Notes: generated by a model from the letters alone, not told the origin. Shown: positions 1 to 13,836, numbered from the whole stretch's first letter. The stretch is 63,696 nucleotides of DNA, filler included, from Octopus bimaculoides (GCF_001194135.2; 5 parts of 5 records of this genome joined end to end with filler, not necessarily neighbours in it); one strand, 5' to 3'. Translations and numbers: made by a program.

Positions 1-24
1 TATATATATATATATATATACAGG

Positions 25-95
25 TATATATGTATGCATGTTTGTATGTATGTATGTTTGCATGTATGTATGTAGATAGGTGTGTACGTATGCAG

Positions 96-129
<34 letters not shown>

Positions 130-152
130 TGTATGTATGTATGTATGTATAT
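25..152. repeat. (TATG)n microsatellite
   Basis: Direct tandem TATG units after a (TA)n run. Confidence 0.95.
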
Positions 153-256
153 GCATATATTGGGACACTGGAACTCGAAGCATATCAAAATACCTTTCGC
201 ATGGAAAATATTCAAGACAGCTTTTGAATTTTTTTTTTTTCCTAAACGTAGATGCG

Positions 257-440
257 GTGCTAAACAGTGGTGGAAAATAGACAAATTTTAGATTAGATCA
301 GATATGTTTGTGACATATTTTACCTACTATATGCAAATTCATTGCTGGTTACCTCAGAGAAAGGTTTTTCCCGCTTATGGTAAAATGTATAAAAATACCT
401 TATCTGCTCATTGTCCTCCCCTAGCGGGTTACTAGTCGCC
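257..440 (+). repeat. Unclassified diverged dispersed repeat, copy 1
   Basis: Colinear motifs ATGTTTGTGACAT, CAAATTCA, TTATGGTAAAA, TTATCTG, TAGTCG shared with 1018-1197. Confidence 0.6.
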
Positions 441-544
441 TTTCTTGCTCCTTCGCCTTCATCAGTTGGCGATACCAATGAGAGATTCGCCTGAACAGAT
501 TATATAGCTTTATCTTAGAATAGTCAATATTATTGACCAACTCA

Positions 545-750
545 AAGCGGCGAGCTAGCAGAATCGTTACTGCACTGAGAAAAATGCTTAGCGGCATTTC
601 GTCCACCTTGAAGTTCTGATTTCAAATTGTACCGATGCCGACTTTGTCTTTCATCCTTTCAGGGGCGATAAAATTACCAGTCAAACATTGGGTCAATGTA
701 ATCGGATTACCCCTTCCCTCGAAACTACAGGCCTTTTGCCAAAATTTTAA
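545..750 (+). mobile_element. SINE family A (tRNA-like head)
   Basis: GGCGAGCTAGCAGAATCGTTA...GTTCTGATTTCAAATT...CTTTCATCCTTTC; matches more than 10 other copies in the window. Confidence 0.8.
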
Positions 751-777
751 ATAAGTGTTAATGACTGATTGAAGATA

Positions 778-955
778 GCGAGCTGGGGAAAATGTTTAGC
801 GGCGTTTCATCCGTCTTTACGTTCTGAGTTCAAATTCCACCAAGGTCGACAGTGCCTGTCATCCTCTCGAGGCCGATAAAATAAGTAACAGTTGAGCAAA
901 TTGACTTATCCCCTCCCATGAAATTGAATTGCCTACCTTGTGGCAAAATTGTTAA
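778..955 (+). mobile_element. SINE family A
   Basis: GTTCTGAGTTCAAATTCC (B-box-like) ... GATAAAATAAGTA. Confidence 0.8.
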
Positions 956-1017
956 CCCATTTTAGAGACTGATCTGTCCATGCGGATAACCTGACCAGAA
1001 CAAATACAGTAGTAACA

Positions 1018-1197
1018 GCGCTAGTCGCTAATGAAAAATAAACATACTTTACTTTAGTTCAAATGTTTGTGACATGTAATTTTTAAAAGACAAATTCACT
1101 GTAGCTTACCATGGAGAAAATATTCTCGATTATGGTAAAAGTTATAAAATCATTTTATCTGTTCAGTCTCTGCACCTACTGGAGGACTTAGTCGTAT
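1018..1197 (+). repeat. Unclassified diverged dispersed repeat, copy 2
   Basis: Colinear motifs with 257-440. Confidence 0.6.
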
Positions 1198-1469
1198 TTT
1201 TAACTTCTTAGCCTTCGTAAATATATCGCAAAAATATTTGAATTAAGCTAAAGTTTGTCTATCTGAAAGGGTTTTTCAACTCAATATTTATACGCTTTCA
1301 TTAATAGATTTATGTGATGACTTGATGACTTCGAGATCCAATCTTCCCAAAAAGAATTGTTTCATATTTTCTCGAAAGTTTAATAAATTCTTGTCAATAA
1401 ATCAGACAAGTTTACAATCAGCCTGAATAACAGGGATTCTATTTTCATAAACCATCGATTCGTATATTA

Positions 1470-1687
1470 GTTTCAAATTTTGGAACAAGGCCAGCAATTT
1501 TAAGGGAGGGGCTAAGTCGATTAGATCGACCCCAGTGTTCAACTGATGCTTATTCTATCGACCCCGAAAGGATGAAATACAAAGTCGACCGCAGCTAGAT
1601 TTGAACTCCGAGCGTAAATACGAACAAAATGCCGCGAGATATTTTTTCTCATATCATGCTAACGTTTCTGCCAGCTTGTCACCTAAC
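1470..1687 (-). mobile_element. SINE family A
   Basis: Reverse complement of the family A consensus (ATCGACCCCGAAAGGATGAAA...AAAGTCGACC...TTTGAACTC). Confidence 0.8.
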
Positions 1688-1982
1688 ATCGAGTCTTATA
1701 TTACCGTTTACGACAGATATCTAATAAGAAAGTTACCATGTTCTGTTCAGTACCGACTGTTGGATTGGTCAATATCGACAACTCTACAGACATACCGACC
1801 CGGAGTGCAAACTTTCTTTTACGCTAGAGGTATATAGAAAATAAGAGTGCTTCAGTATTGCTAAAGGGAAATGGAACATTATACCGAAAAACATTTGCCG
1901 GGAGGAAAAGAAGAATTATTTCCCATGGATTGGTGTTAACTTTGTGTACGTGTGTGTATGTATGTGTATGCATTGTATATAA

Positions 1983-2160
1983 GATGGGCTTCCACAGAGT
2001 GAAATTTGACAGTCGCTAGTCTGTCAAATTTGCTCACAAGACACTAGTCTGTCCACATTTGTCTAAAGTAAAAGACACCTACGCCGACTGTACTGAGCAG
2101 TTGAAGCGAACCCGAAACAGCGTGGTTACTAGGAAAGCTTCATAACTACACTGCCATTCC
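1983..2160 (-). mobile_element. Degenerate SINE family B 5' half with a small internal inverted duplication
   Basis: GAACCCGAAACAGCGTGGTT...AAGCTTCATAACTACAC resembles family B; AAATTTGACAG/CTGTCAAATTT 11-bp inverted repeat near 1999-2030. Confidence 0.5.
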
Positions 2161-2627
2161 TTGTTCCAGATTGCAACACCTTTGCATTACTCAGCGCTTC
2201 CTATGTGTGATAATGCCACAAATAGAGTGATAGTTGATGCGAATACTTTTCACAGATGGTTTTATTCGCGTTGGAATTGTCTCAGTTTATTGACTAATGC
2301 TTTAGAAATGGCTATCACGATGTATTTTTACGAACTGTCGCTTTTACGTCAATTCCGGCTTTTGTTCCGGTTTATTTATTTATTTATTTTAGTTTTTAGT
2401 TTTTGTTTTTGTTAATTTTCAGTCTAAATCATTAGTTATGCTATATTGAGCAAAGTAGCAATTATTCTCTTGGTGACAATAAAAATCTACTCTGTACTTT
2501 TAGGTATTGTGTCTGTTAATTTGGTGACGTTGGAATATGTTTGTCGTTGCGAAATTATGTTGTATATGTCGCTGAAGTGTTGTGTGAATAGGTCACAGCA
2601 CAGGTACACATGTATTCTATATAACAA

Positions 2628-2688
<61 letters not shown>

Positions 2689-4111
2689 NNNNNNNNNNNN
2701 NNNNNNNNNNNNNNNNNNNNNNNNNNNNNNNNNNNNNNNNNNNNNNNNNNNNNNNNNNNNNNNNNNNNNNNNNNNNNNNNNNNNNNNNNNNNNNNNNNNN
2801 NNNNNNNNNNNNNNNNNNNNNNNNNNNNNNNNNNNNNNNNNNNNNNNNNNNNNNNNNNNNNNNNNNNNNNNNNNNNNNNNNNNNNNNNNNNNNNNNNNNN
2901 NNNNNNNNNNNNNNNNNNNNNNNNNNNNNNNNNNNNNNNNNNNNNNNNNNNNNNNNNNNNNNNNNNNNNNNNNNNNNNNNNNNNNNNNNNNNNNNNNNNN
3001 NNNNNNNNNNNNNNNNNNNNNNNNNNNNNNNNNNNNNNNNNNNNNNNNNNNNNNNNNNNNNNNNNNNNNNNNNNNNNNNNNNNNNNNNNNNNNNNNNNNN
3101 NNNNNNNNNNNNNNNNNNNNNNNNNNNNNNNNNNNNNNNNNNNNNNNNNNNNNNNNNNNNNNNNNNNNNNNNNNNNNNNNNNNNNNNNNNNNNNNNNNNN
3201 NNNNNNNNNNNNNTCCGATCTTATGTATGCATGTATGTGTGTTTGTGTGTATATATATGTATGTATATGTATGTATGTATGTATTTATGTATGTATGTAT
3301 GTATGCATTATGTATATACGTATTTACATCCACGTAGGAATCGATATATGTATATATTTCCATTTGCATACATATGTATCATTTCCATTCCGTGTTAGCC
3401 TTCTGTGTTTTCAATATCTGATCTACAATACAATTGTATATCTAAAGTACAACATACTTCACCATTAGTTTTCTTCTTTCTATTACTCTTTCCTTCCCCA
3501 TACATCTCCCCATTCTTTTCCATCGACTTCCCCTCTTTTCTCCATATTTCGCAGCTTCACATTGTCAGTTTGTCCACTTCTTTCAGCTTTTCACATCAGC
3601 TGCTCTACCTAAACTGTCTGCTTTTCCATCACCTTATTCTAAACAGTAATTGTATTTGTTAGGCCACATACTTTAATTTTAATTTTACTAAATCCACTCC
3701 ATTTGCTGCTTTAACTCTGATATCCTCATACTTTTCGCTACCCGGTCGTGTCATACTTTTACTTATTTGTCAGACATTATCTGTCACATAGCGTTTGTCA
3801 CTTTTTCAATCACTCACTTCACTTAACCCTCTCTTTTTATCTTATATCTTTGATAGTTCATTCTTCTCATGGATAATGACGATCCTTTTATCACTTTTTC
3901 GATCCTTGTTTTCCCCCAACTTATCTTATAAACTCTCCCTGTTTCTCACGCTCTCTTTATATACACACACACACATACATCCTCATCACGCACACGTATC
4001 ACATACACACGTATATATGTGTATGTGTGTGTGTCTGTGTCTGTGTGAATCTGTGTGTATGTATGTCTGTTTATGTATGTATTTATATGTGAGTGTATAT
4101 GTATATGTATG

Positions 4112-4178
<67 letters not shown>

Positions 4179-4179
4179 G

Positions 4180-4236
<57 letters not shown>

Positions 4237-4681
4237 TCATCAAATACAATATGTCCGTCTAGACATCATTCTCTCTTTTTTGCTCCTCAGCTTCTCACAG
4301 TCACTTACCTATAATCTTCAAAAGTTTTGTTCCGTTGCCCTTATTGATCACTGACCTTAGATTTAGACACTCCAACGAAGGACTATTAGATCTACTACCT
4401 TTGGAATAATTTCCTATGATAGAATTTTTTGTAATTCATTAAATATTATATGTGAAGCGCTACTGTAAGTTTCATTTATTTTCTTGACCTCTCCATTTTC
4501 TCGGTTATCATGCTATTTATATTACTGTACCTATTCTTTCCTTACTCAAGATTTGTTTATTTCTCTCTCTTTTTTCTTCTCTATTCTTCATTCCCCTATT
4601 TTTTACGTCATACACACTTTTTTTCTTATTACATGTTACCGCATAATCTACATTCATTCATCTTGCTTTCTTCAAGCCTTA

Positions 4682-7600
4682 ATGCGATCAACGCGACAAG
4701 CAACATCTAAAGCGCTAAATGTCTCAGAGAACACTTTTGCGAATGTCCGGCGATATATCCTGCGAGAGGTAAAAGTGCCCCAAAACGAAATAGACAAATT
4801 AATAGATAAAGTACACACGGAAAATAAAACAAAACACTCCATAACTCAAAACAATAGATCGCAATCAGACAAAAACAGCACACCAGACATTTTATCTCCG
4901 AAAACGCATGACACCACAAAAGAAAGAAGGGAACACAACAGAGATAACACAGCAAACATAAATAAAAAAGGCTAAACCAAAGTAAAATTTCTACACAGCT
5001 ACCCAACCCAGAAATAAATATAACAGCACACCAAATCAACAACACACATAGACAGGCAAATACAAAAGCACAAAACGACACTAAAGAAAATAACACACAC
5101 CATAACAGACTAGCCATAAACGAGGACGGAGACGAAGTGATTGAAGAAATAATAAAAGTAGAACTAAACATCACACAATCGATGAATATGGACCAGCATA
5201 AACGTCTCCCCAGGTTACAGAAAAATAAACTGCTCTATGAAAGGATAAATAGATACAACAGAGTCTTACAAGTAATAATGACCATATCAAACGATGCACT
5301 AGATATCAATAAAATAAATGACTTAATCTACTAAACAGCTGGACTTGACCCTCAGAAAGAAAAAAATCCCAGTCAAAATCTCAAACCCCAAAGTGGAAAG
5401 AGATCATAATAAATAAAATTCAAGAACGAAAGAAAGACTTATCACTACTTTGTGAATTAGAGAAAACGGGATCAAATATGGAAAATTTAATAAAAGGCTT
5501 ATAAAACAAAACAATACAACATAAAAAAAAGAGAAGATACCAAGGAGTTTAAAAAAATTAAACAGGGCTTAGAACCAAAAACTTTCCGCATAAAACGGTA
5601 TGAAAAACGGGAGCGCTTCTTCCAACAAAATAAAGAATTCAAAATAAAAACAAAATGTTTCTCTAGAAAGTTAAACAATATCAATAGATGCCATGCCAAC
5701 ATCAGCGATTCAGTCATACTGGGAGGCAATATGGAGCAAACCCGAAAAACACAACAAAAAGGCTCAGTGGATTAGTAGGGAAAAGGAAAGAGAGAACACA
5801 ATAGAACAGATATGGCCCACGATCACAGGCCAAGAGATCAAGGACATACTGAGGAGTACCAGCAGCTGGAAAACTCCAGGGATAGACAAGGTCCCCAGCT
5901 TCAGGTTAAGACACCTCACCAGTACACATAACCACTTAGCGGCAGCGTTCACTTTATTGAAAAGTGATCCAGAATCAACACCAAACAGGATGCTGGAAGG
6001 GCGAACCACCCTAATTCCACAAAGCAAAGACAATGTACACCCACAACGTTGCAGGCCAATAACATGGCTATCAGTATCCTACAAAGCCCTAACATTAGTC
6101 ATCTATTACCAACTTATAAAGCACCAGGAAAACAACAATGTCTTACCAGAAGAATAAAAAGGGTGCTGGAGAGGGATGTATGGCTGTAAGGGGCAACTTC
6201 TGGTAAACCGAGCAATTATAGAGGGCTATAAGAGGAGAACGACAAACCTCAATATGACTTGCATTGATTACCAGAAAGCATTCGACAGTGTTCCACACTC
6301 ATGGATACTGGAATCACTCCACACAAATAAGGTAGCCCCACCACTACTGAAATATATTAAACATGCAAAGGAAAACTGGAAAACGAGTATAACATTAAAA
6401 AATGACTCACAAGTTATCAATACCTACCCTATACCCTTAAGAAGAGAGATTTTCCAGAGACTCACTACCACGCCTGCTTGTCTGCTCTTCTCTGACCTCT
6501 ACAAACTTGCTAAGTTAAACCACCATTGATTATAGGTGTTACGAACAAAAAATAAACCATCTCCTGTACGGAGATGACCTAACACTTTACGATAAAAGCA
6601 TCATAGAACAGAGAACGTTTATCAAAATTGTTCAGAGTTTCTGCAATGACATCGGAATGAGCAAGGGGCTAGACAAATGTGCTAGATTCACACTAAGAAG
6701 AGGCAAATTATTCATCACTGAAAACACTGCACTCGACATAGACACAGATATTAGAGCACTAGACCACAATCGCACATACAAATATCTAGGAATAAAAGAA
6801 ACAGCTAAAATACAACACACAGAAATGAAAGAGAAACTTAGGAGAGAGTATTATAGAAGAGTTAGACTAATATTAAACACTGAAATTAATTCTAAAAATA
6901 AGGTAATGGGGATAATGACGCTAGCCATACTAGTCATAAATTACAGTTTTAACATAATAAACTGGAAGATCAGTGAATTGAAAAACCTAGATAGAAAAAC
7001 CAGAAAACTAATAACAGCGTACCGAAGTCACCTCCCCAAAGCAGACACAGGCAGAATATATATACCCCGCTCAGGAGGGCGTGGTGTGATACAGATAGGA
7101 AACTACAATAAAAGTAACAACAGTTTGACTAGCAAGGTATTTAGAAAGAGAGGGAGACCACTACATGTAGTAAAGTAACATGAGAAAAAGAAAACGCTTC
7201 CTCTATACACACACACAAGGAAGCGACAAAATACAAAACAGAAGCAAACTACACTGACACACTAACCTCGGATGATGGAATGATCAGAGAGATAAAAAAA
7301 AAAGCATGAAAACTGAATAACAAAAGATACGGAAGAAGAACTGGCCAGAAAAGTCACCTTATGACCAGTACCCTATAAGGCTCAACAAAGGAAGTGACCC
7401 TAAGTAAAAGCCAACACTGGCTCAAAAACTCTGAACAAAAAGCCGAAACGGGAGGAGTGATTCTCGCTGTACAAAATCAATGCCTGACTACAAACAATTA
7501 TAAAAACAAAATAATGAAAACATGCCTTATCACCACGTGCAGAATGTGCAACCAGTACCATGAAACAGTTGACTACCTCATCTCGAGCTGCCCAGTCCTC

Positions 7601-8170
7601 GCCAAGTCTGTATATGTATACAGACAAGACAAAGTAAGCAGTTATATCCACTGAACAAATTGCCAACATTACAACATGAAAATTGACAGCAAGTGGCATA
7701 AGCATGAGCCAAGCAAGGCACAACACAACGATTAGGCCAGAATCATCTGGGATATACCGGGTCAAACCGACAAAGAAATAAAAGCTAATCGCCCAGACAT
7801 AATAGTCAAGGATGGGGACGAAATACCTGCTTACTGATAGACATTGCAGTCCTTCCTGATCAAAATATTGTCAAAAAAGAAGTGGAGAAATTGTCGAAGT
7901 ACAACGACCACGAAATTGAAATATTCAAAATGTGGGGCATGAAGGTAAAAACATTACAAATAATAATCGGAGCATTGGGCATGATAAACAATCATATGAA
8001 AAAAATGTAGAAGCTATACCTAGATCCTCACCACTACACAGTCCGAAAATTATCTCTGCTAGGAACAGCCCACATCCTGCGCAAGACACAATCTATCCAA
8101 TAATGCAACCTAAACAATACAACCCACAAATACAAAGCACATTCTATACAGTATTTACTCAGTGAAATAA
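4682..8170 (+). mobile_element. Near full-length decayed R4/Dong-like non-LTR retrotransposon (RT plus C-terminal restriction-like endonuclease)
   Basis: Colinear ORF pieces: N-terminal SENTFANVRRYI; RT motifs WKTPGIDK, GRTTLIP, RCRPITWL, IDYQKAFDSVPHSWI, INHLLYGDDL, KYLGI; CCHC-like CRMCNQYHETVDYLISSC; RLE IIWDIP, ANRPDII, IIIGALG. Many stops and frameshifts. Confidence 0.93.
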
Positions 8171-9838
8171 ACTTTCACTAGCTAGAACACCAAGGCATTA
8201 CACACTCAACACACAATACATGCAGTGACACAACAAAAGACAACACCACATGGTGTGCATAGTAAAAATATATTATCTGCGACCAGAAATATCGAATAAA
8301 ATTTTGAAACAGTAAAATAATTTTAGAATATTAAGGATGTCAGAATAAAAGCGGGAAAAGCTAAAGAACATTCCATGGATAACGAGTGAGGATTTTGAAA
8401 GTTCTGAGCACTGGTTGCGAATCACTGAAGAAAACTTGGATCAAATCAGGACGGATTTGATAAAGTTAATGAGCAATACGGAACAATGCAGAACAAGCGT
8501 AGGGTGTGTGGAAAATGGAACGAAAATGCAATATTCAGATAATGAATCAATTTACCGAGTTGTTGGACGTTAGATGATAAGTAGATAAAATCACTTGATT
8601 TTCCAAATGATTTGTATCTCTGTATCTGACGAAACAACAGTGTCAGGATGGCACAAATACATTTAGCTGAGTTAATAGTTTTCTGAACGTTGAATTCACT
8701 GATATGTAAAGCAACAATTTCAAGCTTTTTTATCAGATGACAATTCTATATATAACTATTAAATATTGATATTACTAATGCAAACAAATTTCAAATTATA
8801 CGATAAAATTATGTTTATCATATAATATAATATAATATAAGCTTTTTTACTTTTGTAACTTTCTAGCGTTTCAGTTTTGTTCCTCAGATTTAATCAAAAT
8901 ATACAAAAATTCGAAATTCTTTCTTTACATTCAGATATAATATATCCCAGACTGTAGTCCTAATCATGTAGGGTTTTTGCACAGTCAAGTGGGAGCCTAG
9001 ATCTAGATCAATTGTTTCTATCGTCTTTAAAATATAGCAATGTTGGGTTATGCGTTGATTAGTAATCCGGTAATATAAGATAATATATGTATGTGTGTGT
9101 GTATGCATATATACGATATATATATATATATATANNNNNNNNNNNNNNNNNNNNNNNNNNNNNNNNNNNNNNNNNNNNNNNNNNNNNNNNNNNNNNNNNN
9201 NNNNNNNNNNNNNNNNNNNNNNNNNNNNNNNNNNNNNNNNNNNNNNNNNNNNNNNNNNNNNNNNNNNNNNNNNNNNNNNNNNNNNNNNNNNNNNNNNNNN
9301 NNNNNNNNNNNNNNNNNNNNNNNNNNNNNNNNNNNNNNNNNATATATGTATGTATGTATGTATGTATTTATTTATCTTTCATTTGAAATAACACATAAAC
9401 ATTTCTCTCTCATTCTTTATCTTTCTGAACTTTGTTTTTGTTAGAATGATGAAGTTTTAAGGCACTGTAAAATAACGGCTTCCTGTCTGGAGGAAAATGT
9501 CTATAAGGGAAAATTCCAGTAAGCTCTCGCTAACGGACAACTGAAATAGCCAAATTAAAGCACTATATTCCAGCTATGATATCAATTGCTTCTAAATCGT
9601 TTATTGAAAGTAACACACACACACACACGCACACAAGCACACAGGCACGCGCACGCACACGCACGCAGACAAACACCCGCACACAGATATCGAGAAGGTA
9701 AGGGCTGACGTTACTTCAAAGTTTCGACAACAGAGCTTCGTCGTACTGTACAACCCTTCAATTTAATGTCCAACATCTTTAATATATAATTATGCACAAA
9801 AACAAACATTAACAGTATATACTTACGTATACATACAG

Positions 9839-9880
<42 letters not shown>

Positions 9881-9938
9881 ATACATACAAAGGTAGATAG
9901 CTCGGTAGATAGATAGAGAGAGTGAGTGTGTGTGAGAG

Positions 9939-9970
<32 letters not shown>

Positions 9971-9983
9971 ACAGATAGATAGT

Positions 9984-10049
<66 letters not shown>

Positions 10050-10088
10050 CACACAAATATTTTCATATGCTATATGTATATATATATA

Positions 10089-10134
<46 letters not shown>

Positions 10135-10782
10135 TATATATATGAATAAATATATATATATATATATGTGTGTGTGTGTATGTTTGTTTGTGTGTGTGTG
10201 TGCGCGCATAAATGCATAGAGATACCTATTCACGCATATACATACTAATGTAACTGAATGTGTGAGGATATGACTGCGTGAGTATTTCAGTTTCTACAAG
10301 TACGAAAATTACAACAAAACCTGTCAGTTTACCTATCGGTATATGTGTAAGAGTTATCCAATGTCTTTATGAAATAATGGTCATTATTACAGAACATTGC
10401 ACAAACTAAAATTCATAAAATTGTAAAGATAATTTGATCATAAAATTACAGTTTTGTAATATCTTACTTTTTGTATTTAAATATACTTTATATTTCAGAT
10501 TTTTTTAATATCTTTAGATATGTGCTGAAATATTATTAACAGTTAATATTATTAGGAATATATGAATAATAAAAGAAGCCTGATTGGTGCATTGAAGAGT
10601 TATAATTTCAGTAACATAAAACTACCTATTTATAATTGATGTTGTAGCATATACTAATAATAATAATAATAATGATGATAATAATAATAATAACAACAAC
10701 AACAACAACAACAGCAATAATGATAGTAAAGGTAATAAGAAGAACAGAACAACAATTATAATAATTATTATTATTATCATTT

Positions 10783-10970
10783 AAGGCGGCGTGATGACAG
10801 AATCGTTAGCACGCCGAGCAAAATGACTAGAGTCATTTTGTCTGTCTTTACGTTCTGAGTTCAAATTCTGCTGAGATTGACTCGGCCTTTCATCCTCTCG
10901 AGGTCGATAAAATAATTACCAGTTGAGTACTGGGGTCGAAATTGTTGGTCTTGTGCCAAAATTTGAAAAT
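10783..10970 (+). mobile_element. SINE family A
   Basis: AGGCGGCG...CAGAATCGTTAGCACGCCG...GTTCTGAGTTCAAATT...GTACTGGGGTCGA. Confidence 0.85.
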
Positions 10971-11334
10971 ATTATCACTATTATATTTACTGCGGAGCAC
11001 CAAAGCATGTTTCCGAAGGGTCGAAGTAAGTTCTCATTAATTTCATTGCATACACCCTTTTTTTGTTTGAAATTTTAATCACAAGTTGTTACCGAAAACA
11101 CCAAGGACCTGTTGCTGGGTTTCCAGTGGATGTTTGGCCCCGTAAGGGGAAAATTTCGATCCTCCCAAACATCGCCAGTGAGGCGTTTTCAAAACGATAA
11201 TTTATTAATCTAGCGGCGTCCACATTTAAACTTGTGAAAGAAAAACCAGTTCTCCCCAGCTTTCCCACAGCTGAAGCCTTTCCTCCCCTTCCTTCTATTA
11301 CCAAAATAACGCAGAAGGAGAGGAAGCAAAAGTG

Positions 11335-12150
11335 ATGGAAACGGGCAATACTCTAATCTGTCCAGAGAAAGAAGAGGTGGGCAGCGGTAAAAATGTTTAG
11401 GACAAAAATGACGGCAGTAACAAATTTGTTAGTAGTAGAAGTGACAAAAGCAATGGTGGTATTGGCAGTAGAGACAGCAAAAATTCCGAGGTTGTGAAGT
11501 ATAGCAGTAGTAACGACAATTTCTACAATAGCTGTAACAGTAGCAGTGACAGCAACTCAGGAGCAACGATAGCGATAGCTGCAGAGTGGTTGGAGGGGGA
11601 TGTGGTGATAGGAATGGTAGCCACAGCACAAGTGGCTACAGCCCCACCACCACCAGTAATAAGACTTCTTTCGCCGGCGACGGTGCCTCAAAAGAACTCT
11701 TTGCACTCTTTCCAGAGGATAAAGCCTCTAAATTAGCGAACACCGCTAAGTACCGCAAAATAGACGGTAGAAAAGCCGGATTAATACCTCCACAAATAAA
11801 TCTTAGAGAACACAAGAAAGATAGCAAAGTACCGTTGCATTACCTGTAAATCAAAACGGCTACAAACAGCAACGACCCAGGTAGAAAGTGCCCTTCAGGA
11901 CATCGGCCATATATCGAGGGAAAATCAGTTCGGCGAGATGGAGGTTTTTGTTTTTTTTAACTGAGGCCTTGGCTGTTCAACACTTGGGGACTACCTGCCG
12001 TGCTCTTCCCTACGGAATTTGTGCTCTTCCCTATATATATGGGAAGGAGAGTGGTTAAGATTACCATAAAGGTTGTACCACCAGAGCCAGATCTGTTGTG
12101 GGTACTTGCGTGTGTGGTTATAGAGGAAAACGATAATTTCTTGGAGCTGA
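11335..12150 (+). mobile_element. Decayed ORF1-like region, probably of a Tx1/L1-clade LINE
   Basis: Frameshifted but colinear peptide: S/N-rich start, ELFALFPEDKASKLANTAKYRKIDGRKAGLIPP, RLQTATTQVESALQDIGHIS, FVLFPIYMGRRVVKITIKVVPPE; ends at (TTA)n. Clade assignment is by recollected similarity only. Confidence 0.55.
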
Positions 12151-12151
12151 G

Positions 12152-12152
<1 letters not shown>

Positions 12153-12226
<74 letters not shown>
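12153..12226. repeat. (TTA)n microsatellite
   Basis: Direct tandem. Confidence 0.95.
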
Positions 12227-12227
<1 letters not shown>

Positions 12228-12299
12228 GACATTATGCATTCTTTCTTTACATAACAATCGCAGGAACTATTTCCGACGTTATTTGAAATAATCAAAGCA

Positions 12300-12620
12300 G
12301 CAAGCATTTCTTACTCAAAAACCATGTTCTCAAGTTATTTCAGAATCTCCTGTGCCTAAGACTACGCCACCTTGATGCAGTATTATATGATAGAAACATA
12401 TCTCAAGTTATCCCTTATATCCCAGTCCTTATCTTTTTTCTCTCCGGATCATCCTCCCTCTGCATTGTCTTCTATGGAGCTGTCTTTCTTTCAGGTGTTG
12501 ATTTCAACACCTTAAACAAAATATTAGCAGCATCAATTTCAATGAGAAAGGCCGTCTCGAAGGAGCTGAAAATGCCAGGAGCCTTGCTCCTTCCTCTAGA
12601 CTCAAACAAGTAAAAACAAA
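12300..12620 (-). mobile_element. Possible very decayed LINE RT N-terminal fragment
   Basis: Minus-strand SKAPG, then KKDKDWDIRDNLRYVSII.YCIKV...LEN, loosely matching KxPG ... KKxDxxxxxNYRPVSL; many stops. Confidence 0.3.
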
Positions 12621-13836
12621 AACGAGATGTACTCTCTATTACAAGCCACCAATCACATTTCAATTTATATAGATTTAGGAATAGCCCCACACATCGGGAT
12701 GAACATTAATCGTTAATACTAATGACATTTCTCCATTCTATGTATGTAATATTTTTTTTCACTACATTACATAAGCTGCATTCCATAAAAACAAATGCGC
12801 TATGTTCATATATGCGTAGCCATCACGGTAAAGTTTTAATAATATACAATGCCGTTCTGGACGTAAACCCCAGTGTTTTCTCTGGTGAGAGCGAGAATCG
12901 AGCCGACTAGTTTCATTTTCTCATTAAAGATATATCACGGATTACTTTGTAATCGTGTTCCAGCCTATTAAAATAAAATAACCTATCGTTAATTCTAAAT
13001 ATGACCTGATTTCATTAATTACAGATGTCACCATGTTTTCACTGGAGAAAGCAGAAAGATAGACTGACATTTATGGTAATTTATACCACGAAACACATGC
13101 TTGCTAAGAAGAGTAATATTGTTCTTAAACTATTTTATATTGCTTATTATTTTACGACCATGATAGAAGCGAGTGTAAATTTAGTTGAAAGACCTTTGCC
13201 AATGTGCTGCATTATCTATTATTTTTTCAACACATTTGTAAGATCATATTTTGATGCATACTGTAGTCGAGAAATTTGCTTCGGATCCAAGTGGTTTTGT
13301 TCGGCAGAGTTGACAAATGACTTCAACAATAAACCTTTGCTGTCCAACATTTTGTGAGTGGAATTTGGTACACGGAAACTGAGTAGAAACCTATTGTATA
13401 TTTGTGTGTATGTGCGTACGTGAGCGTGTGTGACTGTGTGTGTATGTATGCATGCATGCGTGTGCGTGTACGTTTGTTCGCGCGCGTATACGTGAATTGT
13501 TGACTATAGTACGCGACATACAACCGGTGTTTAGAAATCCTTTCTATTTGGAAAGAAGAAACAACGAAAATGATTCGTGTTATTTGATCCTTACATGTGT
13601 TTCATAGAGCAGGGTTGAATTATCTAAGGCAAGCACTAAGAAATTAGTACATCATCACATCGGATTTAGAACTAGGAACTCGGAGTAGTGAGCCTGAAGC
13701 AACGCCCTTTCCTTGGATAACATCGATGGTGTGGAAAGAGCAGACTTGCATGAAGTTGTAACTGCCAGTCTTCCACAAAATAAATCTTTCATACAATTAC
13801 AGTTTCAAGCCTGAACACAACCAATATTCATATACT

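Noticed and set aside
455-470. Minus-strand CTGATGA and other isolated CTGANGA words (for example 15157, 24755, 38105, 48113)
   Set aside because: No properly placed GAAA or helices; expected by chance.
8330-8580. 74-codon open stretch, possibly an RTE linker region
   Set aside because: Only vague similarity (AKE...EDFE); not enough to call.
8860-8892. Minus-strand CTGAGGA...GAAA as a hammerhead
   Set aside because: No supporting stems.
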